A stretch of 64,000 nt of DNA. Source: Paraspadella gotoi (lineage: Eukaryota > Animalia > Chaetognatha). Both the position numbers and the translations under genes were made by a program. Positions 11,413 to 24,100 of this stretch are shown piece by piece. The notes beneath the pieces were generated by a model. It saw nothing but the letters and a program-made list of their open reading frames with translations. It did no database searches and was not told where the DNA came from. Each line of letters starts with the position of its first letter. Position 1 is the stretch's first letter. Location of the stretch: contig CM119263.1 in the NCBI GenBank assembly GCA_051294375.1, positions 5,268,740 to 5,332,739 on the forward strand, read 5' to 3'.

Positions 11413-13703
11413 TCTTCACCGACCTGCGACTTGGAATAATATTCCGTCCAGACGTGATCCGTCCAGTCGAGAACGTAACGCGTCTCGAATCCGCAGGCGC
11501 GGGAGATGAGGCCGAAGCAGTTGGCCCACTCGCCGCAGCGGCCGCGCCGCGTCTCCAGCAGCTTGCCAGGATTGTTGTAGCGAGGGAATCGCGTTTCCTC
11601 GTGGCAGTCGTCGCAACTGTTGTTTGGGGAAGGGAGGTCCAAGACGTCGTGACTTAATATCTTATTCTTGTGTCAAACGATAACAAAAATATGCTCAGTC
11701 GAACGAGAGAGAGCGAGATCAAGGATACGTGTTAATCAACTTAATCAACTCATTTTAATCTTTACACAACCAAAATAATTAGACTCCGTCTCTGTTACTC
11801 TCTTTTTTTCCTACGACCCCAACTCCTCTTGTCCAACCTGTAAATCTCCACTTGTCCCGCGTCCCACATCATCTCGGCGTCATTGGGCGTGGAAACGCCG
11901 AATGACGAGGTGCTGGAGCCGCACCAGTCGCAGGCCGGCTTGTTGACCCACTTGAAGAAATCGCGTTTGAACCATCGAATCAGCAGCAGCATCTGCAAGT
12001 CCTCCAGGGCGAGGGCCGGCGCCGCCTCGGCAGTAGCCGACGCCGAAGCCGCCTCGACAGTAGCCGACGCCGAAGCCGCCTCGACACGTTGACTGATATT
12101 TCACTTTTTTTAAGGTAACTACTAACTATCATGACGGTGGTTTCGCCGTCCTGGGGTGAAAGTGTGGTGGAAAAGGTTCGGTGCTCAGAGTCCACGAAAT
12201 CGAGGCGTTTTCGAAGATTTTCTCGGATCGACGGATTTGCAACAGTTTTATTTTAAACCCGCTGCCTGTCAAAACGATTTATACGTAGAAGGAAATGGTT
12301 GGGATATTTCTTCTTCATCCCCTTCTCGCTCCCTATGATGATGATGATAATTAATGATTGATAATGATAATCATCTGAATTCAGATGATCCTCTCTTTCG
12401 TCATACATGTATCATTTTGTCTTATAATCTTTTTCCTCTTTCCCATGACCCAAATCCTCTCCGTCCCACTTCTCCCTTCTCTTCTCTATAACTAATCTCC
12501 CCCCCCTTCCATCAATCCATCAAATTCCTACCCAGACGCGACAAACCTTCGAGATTGAATTTCCAAGAAATTGTTCCCTCCTCGGTCCCTTTCGCCCTCG
12601 CCAAGTACACCATTCGCCAATCATTCTCACTTTCCTCACGACGTTTTTGCTCTCGAAACAAAGGGAATACCATCCGGTGATTAAGTCTCGCTTTTCGTCG
12701 TCGCCGCCGCGGATGTAGAGGTCGCCGACGACGAAGTATCGGATTCGCATTCGACGGCGGCGGAATTCGCGCTTCGTCGGTCGAATCTCTTTCCCCGCAA
12801 CCGAGTCGAGACTCGCTTCCCCGCGGGAGATTCGCCAAGAGAGGGAGCCAGACTCGCGACCGCTAAGTTCTCCCTTTGGGATAGGATTAGAGGATGGATT
12901 AGATGAAGGATTAGGGAAAGAAAGAAATGGATTACGGACGAGGGACTGAATATCCAAATTGAATGGAATATGGATCAGAATATCTCGACGAATTCAAATC
13001 AATTAAGGGATACATTTAAAATAAAGAGATCACGGCGGCCGTTTTTAGGTCACACTAAAAAATAGCGTGAGGTCATCCCGGCCGACTGTCGGTCTTTAAA
13101 GTTGACGGCATGGACGACGAGAAGACCCTAACGCCTTTTCTTGTTTATCATTATTTGGCATCACAAAGATTTCTTCACCTTTTTGACTTGGCGAGAATCG
13201 CAGGCAGAAAACTCGGCCAACTCTTTAATGCAACGACGAGTCAGTTCCTCTTTTCGAGAAGGAGAGACCGATGATTGCAGCTTAGCGCGCATGCGCAAGA
13301 TGACAGAGACGAGATTCTGAGAGAAGTTAAGAGAGCAATGATGGAATTGTAGAAATTTGAAAAGGAGAAAAACTCATTGAAAACACTTATAATTATTCTT
13401 CACATAACGTGTTGAGTGAAAAAAAAGTCGTAAAGTTATCAAGAAAACAAGAAAAAAGTTTGGAAGGAAAAAAAAAGAAGGTCAATGAGCTCTCACCGCT
13501 TCGTCAATCTCCGTTCTACGCCAAAGGACTTCCCGCTGTTTGGTCGTGTAGCGCCAAGTCACGTCCTGAATGTCGTCGACGCTGAAGGCGAAGACGTAGG
13601 TGAGTTTCTTTCCCCACCCGTGCTCGTAGAGGAGGGGCTTGTCGTGTCCCTCTTCGCAAGTGTCACCGTGGACCCAACGATCCTGATCGAGAGGGATGGA
13701 GGA

Positions 13704-13777
<74 letters not shown>

Positions 13778-15877
13778 TCACCGACCTGCGACTTGGAATA
13801 ATATTCCGTCCAGACGTGATCCGTCCAGTCGAGAACGTAACGCGTCTCGAATCCGCAGGCGCGGGAGATGAGGCCGAAGCAGTTGGCCCACTCGCCGCAG
13901 CGGCCGCGCCGCGTCTCCAGCAGCTTGCCAGGATTGTTGTAGCGAGGGAATCGCGTTTCCTCGTGGCAGTCGTCGCAACTGTTGTTTGGGGAAGGGAGGT
14001 CCAAGACGTCGTGACTTAATATCTTATTCTTGTGTCAAACGATAACAAAAATATGCTCAGTCGAACGAGAGAGAGCGAGATCAAGGATACGTGTTAATCA
14101 ACTTAATCAACTCATTTTAATCTTTACACTATGGCAACAGCCGGGTTGCCTGTGATGCCATTGGGATGGGGCATCTCACTGTTGGCTTTGGGGGCTTCCG
14201 ACCTCAGTGACGCTCAGTCACTGGCGCGGTTACCCTAGGACGGTCTCGCTTTGCCAACGCAGAGGGAAGTCGTTAGGACTGTGGATGGAACACTACGCCT
14301 GGGATGGTGTGTTCCCCTCTGAGCCAATGGATTTGGCTGAAGGATGGTGGACGTGAGGCGGTGGAATATACCGCCACAGGATCCCCGAGTCAAGACATCA
14401 CTCAGGTTCCTCAAGCCTGAGAGGTGTCTGACAAGACTGTTACCATAGTGGGAGAGAGAGAGAGCGCGAGTTGTGGGGCATAGGCGTTTGTCGTAGCGTA
14501 CCCAGGGGCATAGCATTTGTAGCGTACCCTGAGAAGGTTGGTGTTCGATAGTAGGGCTCACCACTTATGGCAACAGCCGGGTTGCCTGTGATGCCCATTG
14601 GGATGGGCATCTCACTGTTGGCTTTGGGGCTTCCGACCCTCAGTGACGCCTCCAGTCACTGGCGCGGTTACCCTAGGACGGTCTCGCTTTGCCAACGCAG
14701 AGGGAAGTCGTTAGGACTGTGGATGGAACACTACGCCTGGGATGGTGTGTTCCCCCTCTGAGCCAATGGATTTGGCTGAAGGATGGTGGACGTGAGGCGG
14801 TGTGAATATACCGCCACAACACAACCAAAATAATTCGACTCCGTCTCTGTTACTCTCTTTTTTCCTACGACCCCAACTCCTCTTGTCCAACCTGTAAATC
14901 TCCACTTGTCCCGCGTCCCACATCATCTCGGCGTCATTGGGCGTGGAAACGCCGAATGACGAGGTGCTGGAGCCGCACCAGTCGCAGGCCGGCTTGTTGA
15001 CCCACTTGAAGAAATCGCGTTTGAACCATCGAATCAGCAGCAGCATCTGCAAGTCCTCCAGGGCGAGGGCCGGCGCCGCCTCGGCAGTAGCCGACGCCGA
15101 AGCCGCCTCGACAGTAGCCGACACCGAAGCCGCCTCGACAGTAGCCGACGCCGAAGCCGCCTCGACAGAAGCCGACGCCNNNNNNNNNNNNNNNNNNNNN
15201 NNNNGAAGCCGCCTCGGCAGTGGCCGACGTCGAAGCCGCGCCTTCTTCATACATTTTGACGCCGGCTAAAAGATTACGAGCGTTTGTCTCGATGTCTTTG
15301 ATTGGGACAAGAGCGCGGGCTCGTTTTTGAAGGAAAGGATCTTCGTATCTTCTCGCTGTGGCCAATCCCGACTCGAGTTTGCGAACGAATTTCAATTCCG
15401 ACAAGGGAGAAGGCGGAGGGGCGGCGCGGGCGGGAAGAGACGGAGGAGGGGCGGTGGGGGCTGGAGCGGCTGGGAGAGACGGCGGCGGATTGGATCCAGC
15501 GCGAAGCTTCTCTAAATCGTCGTGCACTCTTTTCAAGTTGTCAAGCGGATCGTCGAGAGGTAGGATGAGGGCCTCCACATCGCCCTCACATTCCTTGAAG
15601 CCCATAGCGAAGAGACACTCCATCGCCCCCGCCGCCGGAAGAAGTTGGGTCGTCACCACAGAAGATGAAATCTTTAAGTATCATAATTTATAAGAAATTA
15701 TTATTGTTTATTAAAGACACATCTCTAAACGCGGCGACGTACTTTAAGCGAACGGAACTTTTGCTCCGTCGGCTTGGAGAGAATGTTGCGGGAAATTCGG
15801 AGCAAAGCGTCGCAGGCGGAATTGCAAATGTCCGCCTCGTTCTCTTTCAGTTCGGAGACGCAATCAAAATTTTCCAT
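9532..15877 (-). CDS. NGLY1: Peptide:N-glycanase (PUB, transglutaminase core, PAW domains); internal exons appear twice in this assembly
   Basis: PUB-like N-terminus ([15 protein letters not shown]); [15 protein letters not shown]; [25 protein letters not shown]; [12 protein letters not shown]; [14 protein letters not shown]; [14 protein letters not shown]; [12 protein letters not shown]; stop at 9532. Confidence 0.95.
9737..15150. repeat. Near-identical ~2.35 kb tandem duplication of NGLY1 internal exons (9737-12086 vs 12087-~15150; the second copy carries a 689-nt insertion)
   Basis: Near base-for-base identity; junction at ~12087 (cgttgactgatatttc). The second copy has two 1-nt deletions (~12178, ~12628) and lies next to an N gap. 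Confidence 0.92.
14130..14818 (-). mobile_element. Non-autonomous element (family B) with a ~250-nt direct repeat (A-B-A' layout) and a probable ACAC target duplication
   Basis: Empty site tttacacaacc at 11761 vs filled tttACAC-tatggcaac...ccgccaca-ACAC-aacc. 14130-14378 repeats at 14566-14818. Another copy lies at 58425-58583 in the opposite orientation. Confidence 0.88.
15070..15240 (-). repeat. Coding 27-nt minisatellite (ASATVEAAS)n in NGLY1, spanning an N gap
   Basis: gaagccgcctcgacagtagccgacgcc units; also at 12020-12086. Confidence 0.85.
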
Positions 15878-16163
15878 CGTCTCAAGGCTCAACGAATTAA
15901 TGGCACTTAAAAGTAAATAAAAATGGACGAACGATCCCTAAAAGGTAAGGCAAAGTAACGAGCCTAAAAAAATTAAAGTGTATTTTCCTAGATCTGCTTT
16001 TTAAATTCACAGTAGAATCAATTTAAAAAGGAATCTTTCTCCTCCTCTTCTCGAACCATTGATGGAATATTAAGATTCAATTCGTTCGACGTCGAAATTC
16101 GATTCTCCTTCTGTCGACGAAAAAAAAATTTAATTCCATTTTCGTCCCGAGAATTGTTTCGTC

Positions 16164-19100
16164 CTAAGTCGAGTCGAGGATTTGAGGACGAAGAAAGACT
16201 TTGTCGTTAGATCGTCGCGATTCGTCATTGGATCGCCGTAATTCGTCATTGGATCGCCGTGATTCGTCATTGGATCGCTGTAATTCGTCGTTGGACCGTC
16301 GAGATTCGTCGAGACTGGATCGTCGAAGCGAAATCACTTCCGGAGACTTGGTCGATGAACGGGCCGGCGCGGCCGCGGGACTAAAAAAGTTCTATTGCAA
16401 CTTATTTCTAATTCTGTCAACAACAAATACTATTTGAAATAGGCAACGTCGTTAAAATGATCGGAATCAATGAAAAATCGCGATCTGACCTAGACATCGG
16501 AAATTCTGCTTCGATCGTCGTCGTGGTCTTCATCGTCGCGATTTTTGACCGAAGGTTGGACGAAAATCGTTTTGGTTGGCGTCGGAGGAAGAGGAGGAGA
16601 AACTCGGCGATCCAGAGTCTAGATTAAGCGATTAAAATAATTTATAATAAACTAATAAACCGTGGTAAGCCTCTCACCATCGTTGAATGATCCACTGTAG
16701 GACTCTGCGACAGAATATTGCCCCCAGGAATGAAATCAAAAACTTTTCCCGAAAGCGAATAATGACGAGGACTGCTATTTTTTCTTTTGAAAGCCTTGTC
16801 ATCCACTGCCAAAAATGAATAGTAGCTAAACGTCAACGTAACTTAGGTTTTTAAAATCATATTGCATTACTGTTAAAAACACAACTTTTCAAACCTAATT
16901 CGCCCGAAGGTTTTCGATACGACGAGGGATTCGCGGCCAAGATCTCCCCTACCTCGGCCGACTTCACTTCCCCCGTGCTCTCCGAGTCTATCAAAAGTGA
17001 ATCCTCGAGGGGACCCGATTCTAGGGACGAGTCCATGGATTTCACCGTGTCGTCGGCGCCGATGACTCCGGCACCGCCGATAACTCCGGCGCCGCCGATA
17101 ACTCCGGCGCCGCCGATAACTCCGGCGCCGCCGATGACGCCGCTTTCGAATTGCTTTGGAAAACGAAGGCCTTCGACGCCGGATTCTCGAAGCGGAACGA
17201 AGGCGAACGCTCCGGGCGAATGGGATACAATTTGACCTGAGAAAGGAAATGTATGATGAGAAAGATAAGTAGAAAGATATTCGTAAAACTTTTAGCGTAA
17301 AATATGACGAAATAGATACCTTCAGAAATTGAGTTCACGTGTTCCACATCGACGGACGTCGAAAAAGTAGAGAGAGAAGAGGCGTCGTTTTGCGACGCTG
17401 AGACGGCGGTAGGTGGCGTTTGAGCGCCGGGAATGGCAGCGGGCGACCGGAGCGGCGGGGGTTCGTCGCGGGACGACGGTTGGGAAATCAAAGATTCTCG
17501 CGCGAGGGAAACTTGGACGGAAATGCTGCGGACTTCGTTGATGAGGCTACAGAGTTGAGAGGCCAAATCTTCGTCCGAAGGCGGTGACGTTAAATCGGGA
17601 GTCGGAACTGAAAGAGAAAAACATCGTCAGTTTAAACCAAATTTGGATTTCGACGCCAAATTCTTGACTTGGAAGTTGGAACCTTTGATGTTAGGAATTG
17701 GGTCAGCGGAAGGTAAGGGCGGAGGTACTGACGGCGGTAGAGACGGCGGTGGGGAAGAGGGCGGCGTCGCCATAGGAACTTCTTCTTTTAAAATTATTTT
17801 GGATGGAGTTTCGATGGGAAGCGAAGCAATATTTTCGGACATATCCTAAGTCATAGAATACAAAACAAGTATTACAATTACTGTTTTTATCAAAAATAAA
17901 ATTAATTTATGATCTTTAATCTCATTTACATAATGCAGCATTTAGAAATACATGTATATTGTATAAGTCTTTCCCTTCTCACTAAGAATCATCAAAACTC
18001 AATAAGTCCTGCTTCAATTTTATTTTCTCTATTTGTACGTTGAAGCCAAAAACTCTTCCCAGACTAACCGGAAATGATTCGTCCTCGTACTCCACTTTCT
18101 CCGTCAATGACGGCGTGGACAAAGTCGGAGACTCTTTCAAACGTGGCGTCGTCATCGCCGATGTAGCTCGAGGGGAATTCGCAGGCGTTGGGATCGGCGT
18201 CGCTACGGGCGTTCTCCGGGACATGGGAATCCTTTTATCGAAATCCTCGTCGTCGTCGGCTACGGCGAAATCTTCCAACAATTGGACCTCGTCGAACAAG
18301 CCTCCATCCGCCACAGTCGACGACGGACCCTCTTTTCTTTTGACGTCAACCTCAGCTTCCCTCGCCAATTCCTCCGCTGAGCACACCTCATTGCCCTCTT
18401 CTACGCCCCCTCCTCTTCCTCCCTTCGAACTGATGAGTTCGCTTAAGCCGAAGAAAGAACGAACTTTTTCTCTGATCGCTTCTTCCGTCAAAACTTTCAA
18501 ATCTTCTCCTCCGAGTTGATCTTCCGATTCTAAATTTGGGTCGATGAGAAGGCGGACGACGGAGGCGCCATCGTCGGGAGGAGGGTCGACTGCGAGGACG
18601 GCCTTTTCAAGATCCCTCGTCCTCTTCCTCCTCTCGTTCAAAGCTGAAACGATCCTCGCCCTCAACCCTTCCTCAACCAACTCCTCCACGCGGCTTCGTC
18701 TGGCGGCATCGTTGACGCGGTCCAGCAGCGTCGAACAGCTGTCGGGGTAGTCGGCGTAGGGATCTCGCGGTTCAGATGGTTTCGGGGCGGGTCTTTTTGT
18801 AAAAAAAAAGAATAAGATAAAACCATTAAAAAATTATGTTTAAAATATCCCGATCATTTTAGCAATAAGAAATTACTTATTCCAGTCGCTCACCGTCTCG
18901 CCGGTCTCCGATGGTACCCAGGCAATTGGACTAGACTAGTGGCAAAAGTCTCTTCGACGTCTTCCTGCGCTGAAACGTCGATTTCGCTTAACATCTCTTC
19001 TCGCGAATCTTCTCGCTGCTCCCCCCGCTCCTGCTGTTCCCCCTGCTGCTGCTCTAGATCCTCGTCGACTTTCTCGTTTTTTTCTTTTTCATTGGTCTGA

Positions 19101-20517
19101 AGACTCACGCTTGTCTCGGAAGTTGAAGGGTGCGGAACCTGCAGCTTTTGCTGCGGCGGCTTATCAGTCTCCTGCTCCGACGCTGCGGGCGGCGGCTTCA
19201 ATATGAGATCGTTGACGAAATCTACGTCGTCGAATCGATATCGAGGGACGATTTGTGGTTTGACAGAAAGTGGAAAGGCGGCGAAAGAAGACGGGTTGTT
19301 TACGCGAAGGGGCAAAGACAAAGGGACGGCGCGAGTGGGGGTGACAGGCACAGCGCGAGCGGGCGTGGCCGACACAGTTTCTTCTTCCTCGATCGAAGGA
19401 GGCGCTCGCCGATTTTCCTTTTCGCTCGCGTCGCGCATCGAATCACTCGTTAGCGAGCGAAGCAAGAGTCTTCGGACCAGCTCCGTTTTAAGTTTGGACG
19501 GGACTGCGTCGCCGCCGGCCGAAGGATCTCGTCGTCGCGTCCCTGAAGATGGCGCGGGTTGTGAACTGACCATGTCATTAGCCACATTAACATCGCCGTC
19601 AACTTACTCATCGATTTATCAGACGATTTCGGATCGGCTTTGAATTTTTCGGTGACGCGAGCGTCACCCGCCCCGGCGTAATTCCAAGGGATCCGAGAGG
19701 CCGCGCTCATTTCCTTGGCCTTCGCTTCCTTCGCGAGTTCGTTTCTTCGCGTCGCTTTCGTCTTCCCTCCTCTGACGACGAGAGAGACGCGCGGCTTCTT
19801 TTTCTCCACGATTTCTTCAAGATTTTCTTCGTTTTCGACGTCAACGTTTTCTGAAAGCACGAATGAATTGATGAATAAAATGAATAAATCGCTGAATGAG
19901 TGAATAAATAAAGAGAATAATGATAAGTAAATGAATCGATGAATGAATAAATATTAATTCAATCTTTTATCTAAAATCAACTTCTTGGGTGAGTCAAGTT
20001 CTCGCTCACCTAAAACTCTGGCAAGCTTGGTGAAGGCATCACGTCTTCCAGCCTCCAGTCGTTGGTCCATCGCTACGTTTCTCTCGACGAAGGAGATTTT
20101 TTCTTCTCTCGCGCGACGAACGAGTTGAGTTTGAGTCAAGATTTTCTTGGCCGTCGACACGGCGTCTTCATCACTCGGACGGGACGGCGCCGGCTCGATC
20201 CGATTATGATCGGCGCCGTCGTTTCTGACGATGGATGGAAAAATGTCTTCGGAATGGCGCCAGATTTCTGCTTCTCTCACGGCGGCGTCATCGGAATAGC
20301 GCCCGATTCGCGCTACCCTCGTTGCGGCGTCATTGGGATGGCGCACGATACCGGCTTGCCTCGTGGCGGCGTCACGCAATGTTCGTTTTCCGTCAGAGAT
20401 TGCGTCGTCAACAGAGTCGATCAAACGCGTTAAGGACGACGACGTCAACGTCTCGACACGAAGGCGCGCGACGCGATGCTCCTCCACGGCCAACGTCAAC
20501 TGACGCGGGGAGGACAT
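16164..20517 (-). CDS. Large low-complexity multi-exon protein, possibly a divergent TALPID3/KIAA0586 centriolar protein
   Basis: GT-AG-linked ORFs. VEELVEEGLRARIVSAL, RTPVATPIPTPANSP and SISEG segments resemble TALPID3 from memory. Identity and 3' end are uncertain. Confidence 0.5.
16201..16325 (-). repeat. Coding 21-nt tandem repeat (NDE[S/L]RRS)n; an 18-nt (VIGGAG)n repeat lies at ~17055-17140 in the same gene
   Basis: tcgtcattggatcgccgt[ag]at and ggcgccgccgataactcc units. Confidence 0.8.
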
Positions 20518-21133
20518 CGTCCTCTAAAATCAAGCCATAAATAGGTTTGCATTTTTAACACAATGTAAAACTTAGCTAGGGGCCGGAAAGAGACGCGGAC
20601 AAACGAGAGAAAATTAATTTGCTTTACAAAGTTGGTATGAACTATGTACGGTTGTAAATATTATGTATAAAACATTAACTGATTAAGCTCGAAGAAAATG
20701 GGATTTTAGTATTTAGTAAATTATAAATGGTGATATAATGCGCTAACTACACAAATTTTCGGGAGAAGCTGCATTATATGAACAAATATTAGTATGATCT
20801 AGTATTTCTTTATCGTTTAACATCCTTGATACATCCTCCTTATAAACATCCTAGTTGAATCCTATGGTAAATAAAAATGAATTCAACAGTTGGTTATAAC
20901 TAAATCTACACAAAACTATTTGGGATCAAATATTTATACATTTTTCCTACTTAAAAAATTACTGTCCTCACACAAAAGATTCAGTTGGGATAAAGTTTTC
21001 AAGCTCTGAATAATTGTCAAATTTTTCACTATTTCAACATTTTTGGTAAAAAAATTGATATAAATACACTGCAGGGACAAACTTAGTGGTTTCAACTTTC
21101 AAGTAAAAATATTAGAAAAAAATAAACAAAAAA

Positions 21134-24100
21134 TTACTGCGTATTAAAAGGTTTATGCGGAAAACCCAACTGTTTCAGATGTTGTAACTGTTGTTGTTGC
21201 AATTGTTGTTGTTGTGCTAATTGTTGGTGTTGCTTAAGTTGCAACTGTTGCTGCTGAAGTTGCTGTTGCTGCGCCAATATATATTGTTGCTGAGTAATTT
21301 GTTTAAGTTGTTGATTTAAAGTAATTCCATGATTTGTTGATGTTGGTGGCAGTTGATTAAAATGTTGGCTAGAGTTAGTTTGAACAGTAGCACCGTGCGG
21401 CACCATGCTTTGATGCGATTTATGGCTTCCTGAAACAGATGTTTTGTGGGAACTATGATGCCCACTGGGCTGATACTGATTTGAGAGCTGCGGTTTTAGT
21501 TGTAATGAACTCTGTTGCCCAGTAGCTGATTGCTTTCCAAGTGGTAATTGGGTAGGGCTTTGCAACTTGTGTTGTTGATTATCCTTCAAAAGGTGTGAAC
21601 TTGTCATAACTATTGAAGAGCTTTGTGTTGAAGTAATTATGCTAGAAGTAGATTTATTGATAGAATGATGAGACATCTTTGCAGATGCTCCTTGAAGATT
21701 TTGTCGAGCTTGAGTAGAAATGTTTTGTAAACTACCGGAAGTATTTTTGGAAACTGTATTGGAAGAATTCCCACTCAGTTGCATCATATTGATCGGCCCA
21801 TTAAATCCTTGATACAAAGACGAATTCTGAGCACTTGATGAGGAGACAACTGCAGTAGAAGTACGAGGTACTTGAGTTAATTGAGACGGATTTGTATTAT
21901 TCCACACGATGGATGATTCATTCTGGCTTCTGCTAGAATTTTTGCTATGACTGTTGGTCATCGTCGATTGACTCGATAAAGGTAAATAGGCGGCAGAAGT
22001 GGAGACCTTCAAAAGATTCAAGGGATAAGCGTCCTTGATGCCATGTTTAATTGATGAAGAATCAGAGCTTAGAGGGATTACATGACTCTTCAAGTTAAGC
22101 GAAGATGGGGATTGCTTGAAGGTATTTTGATTGAAACTTCCCATGGGAGGGGTTAGAGCCTGTGCCACTTGTTGGCTTAGCAAACCTGCCTGAGTAGATG
22201 TCATAGCAGAAAGTGAATTCGAGGATGCTTGAGATGGAAATGTGCTCTGAGTGACTTGAGGTGAAATGGCTCTGTGAGGACTTTGAGGGGAAGAATGGTT
22301 GCGCCCAATACTTGAGTTGGGCGATTTTTGCGGAGAAGAACTTTGGGCACTCATTGGGCTTGTATGAGCGGTTGGCGTTAAAGATCGTGCACTTCCAACA
22401 GGTATAGTTCCCGGAGGTGATATTTGCATAGATTTGCTTAATGGAGGAGACAACTGGCTGTGTTTAGGGACAGAACTATGAGATGATCTTTGATTTCCTG
22501 CGATTGGAGTGGGAGATAGATGAACTGTTGCATGAGGAAACCTTTGAGTAGTAGGTGCCAGTAAATTAGAAGGTGGAGGCATGGAAGTTTTTAATGGAAA
22601 AAACTTTTCCTGCGGGGAACCCGTTATTTTGTGATAATCAGTTGCATTATGTAATTTCGAATCATTACTAGTTATAGTTGGTTTATAATCATTAACAGTG
22701 GTTTTTGGTGAAAAAGCCGAAAGTGTACTAGCGCAATTACCTAGCAGCTTTTGCAATTGCTGATGGGCAAGCTCTTGTTGAGTCAACTGAGGCTTTATAG
22801 AATTTGAGACAGGTACAGATTCTAAATAGTTTACTTCTTCCGAAAGATGAGGTTTAACATCAACTTTATAATCCATGGTCAAAGAAACTTCTTCTACATG
22901 GGAAGCTGGTGTCAAAGAAGCAATGGGATGGTGTTCCTTGGCACGGGTTTGAGTATTCAACCCCTTCTCTTCAACCTTTACAGAATTTAAAACGGACGCC
23001 GCTGTAGAAGTAGCAGTAAGCTGTTGAAGTTGAGCTTGATGCAAAGCATATTCGAGGGTCATTTGTACAGCTTTTTCAGCTTCAGAGGTAGTGGATTTCA
23101 AAACTTTCTTTGTCAAATCGATTCCATTGTCGTTTTCAATACGCTCAGTGGCGGAAGCAACTCCACTAACTTTCTGACCAACAGATTGCTTATTATCATT
23201 TTTATTCACGCTTAAGTCTATCCCTTTATTCGGATCAATATCCTTATTGACGGAAGGAGATGAAGGCATTTTTGGAGGACCTAGCGCTGAAGATTGAACC
23301 GTTACCGGGGTTGCAGCGGTGACGGGAGCGGCAGCGGGCGCGATAATGGGCTTAACATCGGGGGCAGCAATGGGCTTAACATCGGGCGTAGCGATCGGTG
23401 GCGATCCCGACAGGACGATCGGTTCGCTCGACGTCGTTTTTGTTGGCGGCAACGTTTGGAGAAACTCTTGCATGACGATTCTACTTTCCTTCAAGAGAAC
23501 CCGTTCGTTCATCCAACCCTTGGGCCAAAGATTTCTGATTTCCGACGCGAGGAATTTCTTGAGGAAGTCTTCGACGTCCGACCCCACCATTCCTTCTTTC
23601 TCCCCGCTTCCGGCTCCGCCGTTGGCTTTCGCGAATTCTTTTAATTTGGCACGAAGGATGGCGTAAAAGTTTTCCCTCATGTCTCGACGCCAGAGGAACT
23701 TTCTTCTCGGAGCGTAGATCTTTTTTTCATTCTTATCTCCTTCTTCTGCGAGAGGGGTCTCCTCTTTTTCTCCGCTTTCCGCCCCGGTGGCTGTTTTGCC
23801 CTTAAGCTCGGCGGCCTTTTGACAATCCGCTTTGTACTTGGCCACGTTTTCCGGCATCACCGCGTCGATGCCGCCTTTGAGTCTTGCGATCATGGCGGGC
23901 ATGTCGTCGGCGCTCTTTAAGTTCTTCACTCTCTTAAGGAGAGTCTCCTTGTTGCAAGGCAAGACTTCCGCTAAATTGTGGAAGACTCTGGATCTTTGAC
24001 CGCAGGTTAATCTCGATTTGCATTCGTTGTCAATTTTTAAAAGAAGTCCGTTGACTTGAGGAGTGAAAAACTTTTTCTTTCCTTCGCCGCCTTCCTTGCT

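Noticed and set aside
9737-12086. Second functional NGLY1 paralogue
   Set aside because: Only one 5' end and one last exon exist; near-identity, 1-nt indels and the adjacent gap favour an assembly or haplotype artefact.
14330-14400. HDV-like ribozyme in family B (CCTCACG loop-like sequence on the minus strand)
   Set aside because: I could not build the nested double pseudoknot by eye; it needs a covariance-model search.
16201-16325. Regularly spaced 21-nt repeats resembling a CRISPR array
   Set aside because: No unique spacers, in-frame coding minisatellite, eukaryotic context and no cas genes.
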